Shown: positions 48,648-63,770, counted from the stretch's first letter. The stretch is 64,000 nt of DNA from Chrysomallon squamiferum (GCA_012295275.1 CM022672.1:28210001-28274000), one strand, 5' to 3'. A program made the numbers and translations. The notes: generated by a model not told the origin, from the sequence alone.

Positions 48648-51600
48648 TTTTGTTGAGGTATTGGAGATAGTCTTTTAATATTTAAAATCTAAGGTAATAG
48701 TATTGTTAGGAATAGAAATGCTCAATTGTTCTGCACATTAAAGACACTGAATTGAAATATTAATAATAAGACAATTTAACATTAACTTTACAATTCTGTT
48801 GTTAAACTTAGATGATTTGTTTTAATATTTAACTGTTCAATAGTAAATAAATATTACTGGACAGACCATTGAACATAGTTTTATTTGAAAAATAATATAT
48901 ATTAAGAGACCAATAGTACATTTTTTTCAATTAAAAAAAAAAAAGAATGGTGAAGACTCACTTTTACTTTAGATATTAGATGTCATGACTGGAAATCCTA
49001 ATGGACATAAACAGAGTTCACACTAAGTTTCTTGTTTTTACAGCTATTAAGCTTACTCTGACAAATATTATTTTTACGGTTCATTCATTAATATTAAAGT
49101 TGTTTTAATTTTTTGTTTTAGTAATTAAGTTAATATGACAGAAAACTGATTGATAAACTGCTCCACTTGTCAATTGGCTATTACATCATTAGCCATTTTG
49201 TCAGTGTATCATGACACTAATGAGTTGCTTAAAGGGATGGAATTGGTAATTTCACTTGCATTTTGTTTCTTAACTGATGATATTATAACACACTGTTGGC
49301 AGAATTAGTTTCACCAATATTATGGTCTTGGCTGTTGCTGTTGTCTTGGAAATTTCATATGATGCCACTAAACCATATTAGGCCAAAATAAATAGATAAT
49401 GAATTTTAGACACTATTTGCTAACTTAAATAAAGAAATCTCACAGGTCAAGAAAGAAAATATCACTTTCTCCAGAGATGAGAAGATTGCTTGAGAGAAAG
49501 CCTACCTGCTTCAAAATTGTCACAAATCAGTATTTTTCACTTCAATATTCACAGATACACTTTCAGTATTGATTAGTTATCTCTGCGGTTTTGTAAACAA
49601 AAACAAATAGAAAATATTTTTATGTACATGAGTATGTTTTGAAAAAAAATTCAGTAACTGCATAATTTAGAGGATAATCCACATTAAATATCCATGCAAT
49701 ATATATTTTGCAATGATCATTTTTTTGGATTGAATCAATAAATACATTCTAACAGTATTATTTTATTAATTTTAACAATCATATTTTTAATTAAACATTT
49801 CTAAATTTATAATAATACTGCAGTAAATGGATATCACTGAAGTTGATGACAATGTCACTGGACTACAGGACTCAATTAGCTAAATACATGTCTTGTTACT
49901 TAAAAATTAAGAGCTAACAATATTTTATGTTTGTATGTTTCCTCTTATTTAAATTTATTGAAGATTTAACAATATGTTGTCTTTCAGTTTGGTTCATTTT
50001 TAAATTCTCTCTTCCATTTCAGAATTGGTGAATATTAATTTACTGTACAGTTTAAAAAAAAGGAGTTGAGAAAAACTGATCAGTTAAATTTTAATTACTT
50101 TTTTGTGTAAGGGAGGGATAGGTAGTTTCTACTAGAGTTCTTATGACAAAAATGCAGTTCAGGCTGCATCATAGATTGTTGTGTAATATTGCCGGTAAGG
50201 GAGATAATGCACCCCAGTCTCTGATTAGTTGTGCATTTCTTTCTTTATATTACTATTTTATGTGTCTGTGTGTCCAGTTATTTCAGATCAGTGTTTTGGA
50301 AATAACTATTTTAGCCTAACTATATTTGTTCTGTTTCTTTTGTTTATAATTTTGAGCATTGTACGTGATGAATAAATTGAACAAAGAGTGCAACATTCAA
50401 GTTTTCAGATTTCTTTTTCTCATGAATCAATTTACTTCTACATTAGTTACAGACTTTGGATCCTATTTTCATCCATTGTAAAATCACAGTAAGTGAACTT
50501 AGCTAATTAGTTACTGAACACAGAGAACTGCCTAGTTATTCATAATGAGATAACACTAATTTGTCAGTCTGAAAGTTATAATAGTTGTGTTAAGTTAATT
50601 TCTAGAATTAATTTCTTACATAAAAAGAAAAATTCTGAATATTGTTAATTATACTGATAATTCTGTGGGTGTAGAGATTAAGCTGTGAAATTTGAACCCC
50701 ATCTTTAACTATCTCTAGTGAAGAGCAACAGCATTTTGGAAATTACAGTGTGATGCTAAAACTCTGAAGTATATACTTTTGCATTATTAAGTAGTTTGTC
50801 CAAAATGTCCAAAATTATTTATGAATTAAGAAAAGAAAAACAATACTGAGAAATAATTTGCGCTATTAATCTGTTAAAAAAGGTATTTGCGGTATAAATC
50901 TGTTAACCAGGCTGAAAGGGATCAATGTCCAGTATGAGTTGTATATTTAAACCACCCAGAATAAGCTTTATCATTTGTGTTCAGTGTAATCCAGCTAAAT
51001 CTTAAGCCTAGCTTAAAGAATTTCAGAAGCAATGCAAAGGATTTGGAATTTCAAGACAAAACATCAGAAAGATGTTAAATTAATTTTGATTACCTATTAC
51101 TTATTTAGAGTAGTGATTTTTTCAAACTATTAATAAATGAGTTACTGCAAAACACTGAACTAGCCTGTATCAACAACATTTATTTGGAATTTGACAATAA
51201 ACTGTTTCCTTTTTCACTTCTTTTGTTAATGTTTTTGATTTTTTTCCTTTTTTAAATATTATACCAATCAGTCATCTCCGTGATGTTTACTCTTGGTTGA
51301 TTTGACAAGCTAAAGTGAGCTTAGGCCACTTTATATTGGATTCTTATATCTGACAGATAAATTCTTATTCATTATGTGATTATACTTGCATAAAATTTGT
51401 CATGATGAGAGATATCTAAATGTAACACCTACTTCAACAGTGCTGATGTTTCCATTAAGGTTTATTTCTTGAGATATGTTATGTAATCCATAAAACCATA
51501 TATTTTGTTATAAGAGTTACAAGGCTAATTCAGGATTATATAATTTAAATTTGTGCCATAAATAGAGTTTATATATTTGTGCAGTGTTGTAGTTGAGTGA

Positions 51601-51910
51601 TGATGTTTTGATTTCACCAATTTATATTTTTTATTAGACATCTTTAACAAAACAAATATGTAAATCCATTATGTTAATTGTTTTACTGTTCTCTTTGACC
51701 AGCAATGTTAGGCTCTGGCTTATGTCTTGATTCAGATGCTTCATTAAAGGGGTATTCTCAATACTCGTGCTCAGAAGCAGGCTGTTTGCCACACACTTGA
51801 TAATTTTTGTATCAGCGTTGCATATCTGCAACAGAAAAATGATCATTAATTCTGCACAGTGCACTAAGTTCTTGAAATGGTCCATTCAAAAATATTACCA
51901 TCAGCTACAG

Positions 51911-53170
51911 AAGCATTTTTCAACCTTTTTTGAGCCAAGGCACATTTTTTACATAAAAAAATTTACAATGACAATTTAGTCTCTCTATTTATACTCTCTC
52001 AAGTGTGAAACCTGGGATTGTTTACTTGACACTGATATCCTGGCAGGAACTGGAGAAAGGCATGTACAAAGCTGTTCCTCAACAGCTATCAGTGATGATG
52101 TTTTTTGTTTGTATAGCAGTCATGCTTGAAAAGCTAAGCTGACATACATATGTTGTGGAAAATGGAAGCAATGTTGACAGGAAGGGGAACTCCTTGGCAG
52201 CAGTCAACAAAAAAACTGTCCGAAGACTGATCAACCAAGCTTAGCTTTAAACTGGTTTTGTCTCAGGTGACTTAGTTTTTCCTGCTTCTGCAAAGTCACG
52301 GCCATTCCGAAAACTACTGTTGAGCTATATGGATCCCTAACCCAATGAAAGCTTTTGGTTGAGTTTGAGGGGAAATAGAATGACAACTTATACCCAAGAG
52401 TTTTTAAATGTTTACCTATTATCTCACACAGTACAGCAGTGTTGACATCTCCCTGCCACTTCTGTGTGAGTGGGAACATCTCAAGGTTGGCACTTTCCAG
52501 CTTCATGTGTGCCTTTCTTCAATTCCTGCCAGAGGCACACCTTTGAACAGAATCCATTTATTTTATCAGTGCTTGTTTTTGTTTTGATCTTGCATTCATG
52601 TGTTCAGTTCATTCAGGTGCTGAAATACATCTGCTACATATGCCAGACATGCACACCACTCATCACTTGCAAGCAGCTTTACATAATCATACTTCTCATC
52701 AGTGAAAAATTCTTTTAGTTCCTTCAGCAAAAGCCAGCACTTTGCAGTATCGCACCATTGGACCTCTATAAGGCTTTATGCCCCAATCCCATTTCTTCAC
52801 ATTAAGATGTAAATATGTCTTTACAAAGTTTCATCATCCAAAACATGGCAACTCTTGACAAATTGAACAAACATAATTGCCCTGATTTTCAGTGAAAAAA
52901 ATATTGTAATTCCCATTTCTCTTGGAAGTGGTGGTCCTGACATTTTCCTTCCTTTTTTTTTTTTTCTCTCTCATACAACTTGGGTCAATTTGCAAGATGG
53001 GTTCACAGAAAGATCACAGAGCCAGATTGCACTGTGGTGCTACCATTGTGTGGTGAAAGGAAATGATGATGTAATTATTCTGTTTGACAGTCCTAGAGGG
53101 CCTATATTAGAAAATTGAAGCTGTCGGCCATATTAAAACTGCCTTCAGGCCAAACTTCGGACAGGCCTGC
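51911..53170 (-). mobile_element. hAT (Buster/Charlie, ZBED8/FAM200-like) transposon remnant with pseudogenised transposase
   Basis: Minus-strand fragments NLEMFPLT, YFPS...[29 protein letters not shown] (hAT dimerisation domain) and terminal SKQSQVSH*, with frameshifts. Terminus-like TTTTTCAACCTTTTTTGAGCCAAGGCAC at ~51916 and GGACAGGCCTG at ~53159-53169; these may be ends of two different elements. Confidence 0.85.
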
Positions 53171-56100
53171 ATTAGATAAAATATTCCATAGGTGAATTTA
53201 AACCCATGTGCATTAATGTACCACGTCAAATGAAAGAATAATCTATATTAACAAAAAAAGTTTTAAAACAAGAAGTGTTTTAAAAAAGTTATTTATTGAA
53301 TATTATTTTTGAGTTATGAAAATACTTTAGACACTAACAGACAAAACAGAATATCCCTATCAGTTCTAATTGGATAAAATATTTGGTATATCAACTAACT
53401 TATCCATCTAATATAGTTTCTGTAAATGTAATTAAACCAGTTTAGATATAGTCTGTTAGTTGTACTCTGTCCATTGAATTAGACCCTGAATTATTTCTAC
53501 CTAAACAAAAATTTACTTTTAGTGAATTTTTTGCAAGTACATGTTACATTCTGCAACTGATTTGAATAAGTTGATGGATTTCGGTATTGTGATAAAGTTG
53601 TGCTTTGATAGCATTCTAGTTGTGTTTGATACTGATTATCTAAATTAATGTTTGAAGAGCCAGTTAGTGTTTACTCCATGATTTCACACAAGTGACAATG
53701 AGTTTTATCAGATTTTCTTTGTTAGATTTTTAGATGGAATAAGTGCTTGGGGCATATGAATTAAGGTTGCTGGTTTAAAAAACTGGTTGTTTGACAACAA
53801 AACAAACAAACAAAAAGATTGATATAGACTTAAATAATTGTCGGACTGATTAGCTAGTTTGCATAAATGCATTTCATTGTAAACATATGCAAAAGAGTCG
53901 TCTCGTTAGTTATAATGTTGAACAGAGTGTGATGCTGGTGTTTATAGTAACCAGCAGCGAGGCATAATCTTATCAGAAAAAGTATGCAGTGTGTGCTCTG
54001 GTGTATGTCATCAGTCATGTGACAACTGTTTTGCAAAGGTTGGGGAAAACAAGACTGCCCATCATTCCCAGCTATGATGTAATAAACCCCATCCATGATT
54101 AAAATATGTGAAAAGTAAGCACAACATGTCCTGCACTTTGTATCAGTGTTTATTAGGTTGCTCTTGCCTTGCAAAATTACATTTAAGAAAAAAACTTGTA
54201 AAAGAATGGAATAATTTTGAAACAGAAAAACAGTGTCAGTGGGTAGGAAAAGTGTGGCTGCTTGGAAGGAGATTCCCCCCTTCATAAAAACTTCAGATAG
54301 CAAGTTTTTCTCTTGGTTTTCTTTCCGTCTCTGTTTTGAGGTTGAAAACTGAAATCTGCTGATTGAAGTAGATATATATGGAGACATAGAAAATCCATCA
54401 GTAGAATTTTTTTAATTTTTTTATTTACAATTTTAGGCCTAAAGGTTTTCAAAAATTTTGATCTTGGGTATTGCAAAACTATCCCAGATAGGCTAAAAAT
54501 AGCTTTTTCTACTCTCCTGCTATCATGCAGATAAATGAAAACTATAATGACCATCATATCACTGACATGTACATACATACAACTTTGAAATTTTTATATT
54601 TTACTATTTAATTTTATGTTAATTTTCATACCTCCAACTGACAGCCAGTAGCCATTCTGCCTTTTATGCTGGAGTGGCATTAAACATTCATGAATGCATA
54701 TATATATATATATATATGTATGAATGGTTATAGAATTTGCCAAACCTTCAGTCTGTTGGGAATTTCCATTATATTTTTCTTTTTATTATTTTCATGAATT
54801 CTATACAATGGAAATAACAAGATTAAAGCAGTTCAAACAAAACAGTAGACTTCCCCACAATTATGTTAACAACTATTCTAGAAAATATTCAAACTGTATT
54901 TACACTATTTGTTAAAACAACTATATTATATTTTGGTAGATTTGCACATTTCACATAATTTTTGTTTTGAAATTAATCTCATTAACTTATCTAGTACAAT
55001 TTGTGTAATACAAGACTGGATTGTTATGCTTACACAAAAAAACCTGTATTCATTATAATAAAACATGCTTTTCTTTTTTTTTTAATTTTATTCATCACAG
55101 ATAACACAAGATCTTTTTTAATCAAATCTGTATTCACTTTGTATTACAATTTTCAAAAATAAAAACAAAAAACAAATTCAAATTATTTTATTTTCAAAAT
55201 TTTATGAAACATTATATACTGTTACTAAATACTAAATTTTAAGTAATACTGTTTGGTTCTGATTTATTTTCTGTTGGCACTAGGAATTGAGCATCTTAAA
55301 TCTGGTACATAAACAAATACAAACAAAAAAATACTAATTTCATGAGTATCTCTTAAGACAATTCAAAAATAGTTATATCATTTAATATTTTTAAAACATT
55401 GTTAAAAATGTGATAACACAGTTTTAAAATAAGTTTACATGTTGAAAAGAAGTAACTTCTGTATTTATCAATTGATGTTTCATTTGTTAATTCATTGATC
55501 ACATATATTGCTTCAATCTGGAAATTGTCTTTTTACTTCATGTATCCTGAATCCACTTTTCAACATATAAACTTGAAAAACATTTAAAATTTTAATACAC
55601 TTGAATTTCACACAGATTATCAAACAACTTGCACCCAGAAATAAACACAAGTTATATTATGACATAATTAATTAGATCTTTTCATCACAGAAACATTATC
55701 AAGTTTTTAATCACTTAAATCTCACACAGTATATCATTAAAAGAAATCACAAACCATGTACAATAGTTTTAAAAATACAATATTAACTTAATGATTTCCA
55801 AATGACATAATTTGCAATGTTGGTATTGTCATTATAACATTGTTCTCATTTATAAATATCACAGTTCTTTTGTAAACAATGGTATTGCTTAGTTAAAATT
55901 ACCTAGATCATCTTCCAAGCACATTAAGTTTATTAATTACTTATTACATGATTTGTAAACTATATAACATAAAGCACATGATTTACATAAATTATTCTCA
56001 ATATATGTAACAAATAAAAAGACCATGAACATAAATATAATATAAAACAAATGATTTTTTATTATTCTTGATAAATATAATTTCAAATCATTAATATAAA

Positions 56101-56733
56101 TATAATATAAAAGAAATTATTTACATAAATGTTCCTTAACAGAATTAAAAATTAATATGTTAATAAACAAAATAATACACCAAAAATTGTTCTTGATTTA
56201 AAATTCATAAATATTCAAGACTGGTCACACTGAAAAGTTAAATTAAAAAATCGAAAAACCTATAAAAGAAATTTAACATTTCATGTTAATTATGTTATCA
56301 TTTGTGAAGATATACTGTACTCAATAATAATAAAAAAAATTATAAATAAAACATTCACATCCAGAAAGTACACTGCAAAATAAATGATTGCAGATGTTTT
56401 TTCATATCTGTTTCATTCATTTTATTTAGTATAAAGGACTGTCATGCAATATGAGTGGTAAAAAACCATTCTGAATTTAATCTTACATTCACTGTGTCTT
56501 ATAGATAAACAGAACATTGTTCAATGTAAATAAATTATTTGGGTTTTTTCTGTATTTACTTAGTCACTGCATGAACACGCCATTGTATAATAAATCATTC
56601 TCAAAGAAGTTTAAACAGATATTTCACCTATTTCATGAACTAGATTGCATTGTGGCTGATATTTGAACATCTAATGAAACATTAATGTAACGGAGCCCAT
56701 GCTGTTAGAACTAAAACTATCATTGGTTTTCCT

Positions 56734-59700
56734 TTAACCTCTCTGGATTGGTGCAGCTAGTTCTTCTACTCTTCTAGATACCACACCTTTCAAAGCTGTA
56801 GGTTTCACCATGAAGGCATCAGGATTAAAATGTAGAAGACCCATGGAGACTTTGACTATAGGTTTTGCTAACTCTTCTATTCTCAGACTTGGTGCTGCTC
56901 TTTTAGCAGCACGACTCACTGACCACTGAACTTCACGTGCAGGCTGAAAACCTTCTGCTACTCCCTTGGGTCGTGCTAGTTCCATGCAGCGAGGTGTGGC
57001 AGAAGCATTTAAGGCTGCTGGGGTAACCTGTTGGAGAAAAAAACATTGAAAATATATTTAAAATTATAAATATTGTTTAAAAAGCTATTTCAGTATCTGG
57101 GTTTTTTAAGTTATAAATTTATGAAATACACAGACAAATGCTAAGATTAATTTATCAACGCCTACTGCTACTACTATTACTGTGCTATAAATGTTACTAT
57201 GAAAAAAATCGGGCAATAATAATTTTAAAAATCCAATAATTCTGTAAGTTTCTTTGTGTAACAAGTCATCTCTTTTGGGTTATTTTAAAGGGTCTGAAAT
57301 AATGGGATTTTTTTCTTTATTCATTCTTATGTTCTGTTATTAAATATTTGACCAGATATATCAGTAACTTACATCCCAGGTTGGTTCTCTGAAAGGACCT
57401 GGTGGTCGCTGTTTGGGGGATGCCAGTGACTGGACACGTTCTGAAGGTTTTGCTTTCAAAGCCGCAGGTGGAATCTCAGTTTGCACCTCTCGATGAAGCT
57501 GGAATTCTGAAGGTGGTACTTTAGGCGTGGCTAGACTGTTGGAGTGTTGCCTTTCTTCACACTTTTTAGCACCTTCTTCTACTTCCCATACAGGACTGGC
57601 GCGACCACAGCTATATAAAAACTGATTTCTGAAAATAAAACAAATGTTGACAGCTTGAACAAAATCAAAAGATCATTGTTTTTAAAAAAAGAAAAATGTA
57701 TTATTGTTTTAAATATAGCAACTAGATATTTAATTTGCTTGCTTCTGCAGATCATTTTAAAATATTTTGATGCTTAAAAATGCACTACTCGTTATTAAAA
57801 AAAATTAATATCCACAAAATAATAATTCAACTTACTTATTTTCCTTATACTCTTCAGGTGCACTTTTTGGCTTAGCAAGCTGGGCCAACCTTTTTGTAGG
57901 AGAAGCACATTTGGCTCCAGGTGCAACATGCCATATAACAGAAGGGCGACCAAAACTGTATAAAAACAGGGAACTGCAAAAAAAAAAAAAAAAAAAAATT
58001 AAATAATAATAATATTAATAATAAAATTAAAATTTAAAAAATATTAATAAATAACTTTAAAATAAAAATAATAAAGTTAAGTAGAAGACTGAAAAATGTT
58101 GATACAGATACATCTATGGTATATTTTTGGTCATCAATAGGTGATATTATTTAATTCAATATATTTAATTTAGTGCTTTGTCTATGGAATTACTGCTGCT
58201 GTGGTCATTATCACCATTAGTATTATTCTTTTGGGTATCAGTACAATTTTATGCCATTTTATCCAAATGCATCATCTCATTGTTTTTATGACCTTTCAAA
58301 ATAAGTTGTAAGGGACTAACTATTAAACCCACTGTGCATTATGGTTATTTGATTTCCTGGGACCACAATACTGAGCTATAACCCTGGCACAATGATAAAA
58401 CTTACCAGTGGAATTTCTCAGACTCTGTTTGAAAATTAAATTTAGGTTCCGCTAATTTTTGAAGTCTTTGTGAAGCTTCGGCATTTTTCGCCGATTCAGA
58501 AACAGGCGTTAGTACATCTTGAGTTCCCCACGTTACATCTGGGCTATAACAAACAAAAACTGAATATTTATCAATAAAAAAGATTTTTAAAAATCAGAAT
58601 ATAAACCGTTCATTTTAATAATATTTGTTTTCTCAGTATTAATAATATTACTTCATTCTCTGTGTTATGTGTGTGTTTTAACAGTATTTTAACTTTTTTT
58701 GTTTTTTACTTACATAACCGTTGTCCACCATTGTAACTTCGGATCTTTTGGTTTAGCGAGTTTTGCTATACGGTTCCTGGAATAATTCGAATTGTATTTA
58801 ATTACATTTAAAATTAAAATACATAAACAAGTCATCTTAACTATAAAAATAATAAATGCAACGAAATAGTTATATAAACTATACTTTATTAAATCTATAA
58901 CTTAAACAAATAAAAGAGAAAGATGATTTTAACCCGGTCATGCCAAAACCTTCATATTTCTGAGATGGGGAAACTATTTATAGCTATCCCTCTCTCTCTG
59001 TCTCTCTCTGAGACAGATGAAAAAATAAATCTATGTTGCATATTTGATATTTCCAAAAACGTTATTTGCTATACATAAATAAAATGAAACATAAAATGCT
59101 AATTTTATTTTCAGTAATAACATTTAATTCCAAAACAAATACGAAGAATCAAGAAAGCAGCAACATTTAAAAGTAAAAAAGATCAAAATCGGAAAGAAAT
59201 AAAACGAAGAAAATAGTATCAACAAAGGATGTGAAAAAACAGTACAGCTTTTTCTCTTACCTGCCCCTTTCGCGTATTCTTTCAAATTCCTCTACAAAAA
59301 ACAAAACATAAATAAATAAATAAATGTAGAAAAGAGCTCTCCAACAGCAATTGCAGAAACCATTGTATATCACGACATTGAAACTCAATTGCCTATTCAA
59401 TAATAAGGCAAATATATGTGTGTGTGTGTGTGTATAATTAATTAATTATAATTAATGATTATGATTATGATATTAACAACAGTAACAACAACCACAACTA
59501 TAATAATATTAATCATAATAATAAGTATTATCAGATATTTGCTTTACACACTTAATGTGGTTTTTACACAGCATTCAGCTAGGTGTGAAACAGCCCTGAC
59601 AACGCTGTTGTTTAAAACATAAGATGAAAGAGATGTCTGACTCGATTATGTAAACCTGAACAATAACACTGTGAGTGTTAGATATCTAGTCATCGTAGAT

Positions 59701-60459
59701 CAGCTGGTGTTTGAAATGACACGTTAAATACAAATACCTGAAACACACAGCACGCTGACCCGCGGAGTGTCGACAGGTTATCACTGGTGGCAAAACGCCA
59801 TGAGAATAGATATCCTACATGGTTGTTATTTCTCTCTTCCATATGTGTTAATCTCTTGCTTAATTATATAAAAGAAATGTGTAATAATAAAAACGGCGAC
59901 AACGATGACAAATATATAAAAGAAAAAAAGGAGAAGATTGTCGTGTTTGATGTATTATGTATTGTTTATTCACTTTGATTTACGATATTTATTCATATAA
60001 GTTAACACAACAATCAGACTATCCCACTTTACGACCTTCCATCATGCTCAAATTCTACAGCATGCCAGCTATTTCATTATTTGAATAAAGCCTTGTACTG
60101 TTGTAAAACTCAGATACGTCCCTTTTTTGCCATTACCTCGTCTCTTGTTTTAACATTTAGCTGAGTCATAGTTGGTGGAGGGCAAAATTTCAACAAGTAA
60201 AACGCACGTTGTTCTTCGTTAAGAAAAAAATAAAAATAAATGAACAAGAACGAACGTTTGAATGGATATAGATATCGCCATAGATACACGTGGGATAAAG
60301 GACACAGTGTCAGTAACTGGGTTCTTTACTATTAAATTACCTATGACATAAACAAGTCTTTCAACCTGTCAAGTCGAACGAAACCAAGTATGCGTATAAG
60401 GATTTCTTTAATAAATTAATTAATTTAATGTATAATGAACTCACATATTCTTCCTCCAT
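56734..60459 (-). CDS. THEG (testicular haploid expressed gene)/SPMAP2-like repeat protein; 5' end uncertain
   Basis: Well-supported exons 58776-58714, 58543-58406, 57973-57836, 57628-57373, 57027-56734 with repeated THEG units (WxVSxAAxxAxxSxRxxxLAxPK): RIAKLAKPK, RLQKLAEPK, RLAQLAKPK, RVQSLASPK, RCMELARPK, RIEELAKP, RVEELAAP. Tentative upstream exons 60459-60445 (MEEEY) and 59814-59738 join in frame. Confidence 0.82.
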
Positions 60460-62455
60460 AAAAATTTGAAGTCATCGAAGAGGTGTCATTTGTTTATAAT
60501 GATGTAATGGAATAGCTTTTGGTTAAATTAATTTACAGACATTCTGAAGTGTATCCATACATACATATTCACACATACACGCACACACACATATTATTAC
60601 TGGAGATGAGTGGTTATGCTTCACTTGCAATCTTATTTATATAAATCGGATTTCTATTAAATGCAATGGTATGAGTTTTCCTTTCCTTTTTCAAGATTCC
60701 GTGATCTAATTGAAAGAACAGATATTTAATATCACTTTAATCCAATCCAAATATAGGTAACCATGAGAAAAAAAAGAAAAAAAAAACACTCTAAAAAACA
60801 ACCTTTTGAAAAAACAACCTTGATGGGCCGAGCAAAAGTGTCCCCATATCGTAGGTGTCCCCAAAATTACAGACAATATATATTCACATGCACCACACCA
60901 GTTTCCACAGCAAACATAATCCGTCGGGGCCAGGCTTCGCAAACATATCGAGTTCATTGATGGATGTAAATAAACACATTTTTCAGGTAATAAAACTCGT
61001 AATAAGCATAAGGTATGTTTATGTTTTACAAAATATTGGATTTGAAATCCAAATACAGCTCGGATATTTGCCAGCAGCACGGTTTTTTCGACCTACGAAG
61101 TCCGCTAAGATGCTGTTTTAACAAAACATAAATACGCATGAAATTATGTTGAACTGAATTACCAAACTTAGGAACTCGTATGGTTTGTGGCGAATGCAGT
61201 TCGCAGGTTCCTTGTAATTCGACGAAAAAAAAAAAACCACAGCCTTCGTGCATGAAAAAGGCGACACCAACTTTAAAAATATATAAAGCCGTGCAACAAT
61301 AAAATTATTTTTTCTCGAGAAAACAAATCCAAAACGGTATAATTATCCGCTTTAGCAGTGCACAATAATATTTTTTAAAACGATGTCTGCTGATAAATGG
61401 GATCTCGGAAAAGTGTCTGTACATAGTTGGTTGCCGCATTTCTCGTGGGTCGTTAAAGAGAGGTAACACTCACTGTATTCACGTGTGATGTTAACAAAAT
61501 AATAATTAAAAAATTAATCTCAATTAAATACGTTACACCTTACCTAGATAATTAATTTTGAATTTTGAATGAAATAAAAACAAGTAAACAAGGTAAAATC
61601 CCTTAAAAACCGAAATAAGGAAAAAGAAACAAGATTTTAATGTATGTTGGTCTTTACTCACCTATCATTTTATTATCTTCCTACATTATTCACACAGTTG
61701 ATTGCATTATTTACGTAAGACAAGATATTCAAGTTACTGCACATATGAGTATGTTCTGACAACGTAGTGTTGATTTTCGCGGGGTACAGAGACTCGTTGG
61801 GAAATTTACCTAATGGATTATCGTATACACGTACATTTCAGTGTATCTGAGTTAAACGTGTGTCAGTATGGGCGAGTATATATGGAGTGTATTTATGTAT
61901 GTATATTATCGTTTTGTATTATTTTGTTGTTTTTTTTCTTCTGATTAAACATTTTTCTAATACTCTTTTTTACAATAAATAAGTTATTTTAAATATTTGT
62001 TAGTGATCGTGTCCGATGATTTTCAGTATTTTATTAATAACACTACAGCTCGGTAATACAGTAGTTAATTAGTAAAGAAACCATGCTGTGAAAAGTTCTC
62101 CCTGTTGATTTAATAATATATACATTATTGAGAGGCCACCTACTGTTTCAAACTCAAGAAGCCACATACTCAAATTAATTTATGAAGGTACCATTAACTT
62201 GTCTGATATTGGAAACAAGAAGCTTTGAAAAAGGAAACAAATAAATGAAAATACATTTTCCATTTATTATTTTGTATTAACATTTTCCTTTTATTATTTT
62301 GTATTAACATTTTAATAGCATTATGAAATGACAGTCCCCATTTACTTATTACTTCTATATGAGGTGACCTTTTGACCTTGTGAGCAGGGGACGTTCTGAC
62401 TAGTTAACACAATGGACTATCTGTACGTTTTATAATTAGACAAACACTGCAATGA

Positions 62456-62496
<41 letters not shown>

Positions 62497-62904
62497 GTAC
62501 CTGTATCTACATGCGTCCATATATGTGTTTAGATTTAAGTGTTTCGCTAATATTTTTTTCTTTATGATTTCATACTGAGAGTTAATATTATACTTATCAC
62601 AATTTGTGCATTCATCTTTTATATGTTGCTGTTGGACCCTACAGTTTCCACCATATACATTTTCTTATTTATTGAGCATTATATTTAATCCATTCACAAT
62701 TAACATCGACATACTCAGTGCAGATTATTACTGAGTTGTTCATGTGTAGTTCCTAATTCCCAAGCACAAAAATAAATACGTATATATAATAGAAAAATCT
62801 ACGATCAAACATAATGCGCCTCTAAAATACTTATTGAAGTACGTGACGCGTCACGTTAATAACAGCACACAGAACTATAAAACAGTGCATATCAGTTCAA
62901 CAGT

Positions 62905-62907
<3 letters not shown>

Positions 62908-62971
<64 letters not shown>
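62908..62971. repeat. (CT)n microsatellite followed by (CA)n
   Basis: Direct reading of the sequence. Confidence 0.95.
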
Positions 62972-62973
<2 letters not shown>

Positions 62974-63182
62974 ACACACACACACACACATTATCTTAAG
63001 ACATTCATTTTGTCTAATTTATTGTTTATGTCTATGGATGACGCCTTTTGAAGTTATTTCTTCTGATTTACTCGATACGATTCCAAAAGTAAACAATCAT
63101 CATAATAAATAAATAAATAAATAAATAAATAAAATAAATAAATAAATAAAATAAAATAAAATAATTTTATAAACCCCAATAA

Positions 63183-63217
<35 letters not shown>

Positions 63218-63707
63218 AAACAGAAAGAAAGAAAAAGGAAAGGTCAAAATAAAATATTTCATTAAATTAGCGATAATAAGTTTTAAAACTTTTCAAAATA
63301 AACATTATCAGCCTAAGACAAATGATTAGGTAATGCCGTCAGTGTCTAAATTATAAACGTTTAAACTGGTTAAATGCTTTCAAATTAGTCATGTTAGTGT
63401 CACGCTGATACCTTTGTCAGGAAACGGCGTAGGATTGGCTCTGTGTTGTGTCTCACTGATTTCAAAAGTGGGTAGTTCTATTTTTAGTTAATTGAAAAAG
63501 TAAATATTAATTACAGTGAAATGTTTATGTATGTTTATTTGCTTTATTAAAAAATCAAATGACAACACATATAACAAAAATGTTACAATTCTAATATATA
63601 TCTAGCCTAGGAAAACTTATTAGACACAATTAAAAGATCATAAACCATATACATGATAATTTGAATAAAAATTCCCAAAACTATATATATATATTATTTT
63701 TGAATCC

Positions 63708-63770
<63 letters not shown>
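63708..63770. repeat. (AAT)n microsatellite
   Basis: Direct reading of the sequence. Confidence 0.95.

Noticed and set aside
51634-51979. Overlapping ORFs next to the hAT remnant
   Set aside because: No recognisable motif; probably decayed repeat sequence.
53854-54578. 177-aa and 98-aa minus-strand ORFs
   Set aside because: No recognisable domain, composition typical of AT-rich non-coding DNA, and no convincing splice context.
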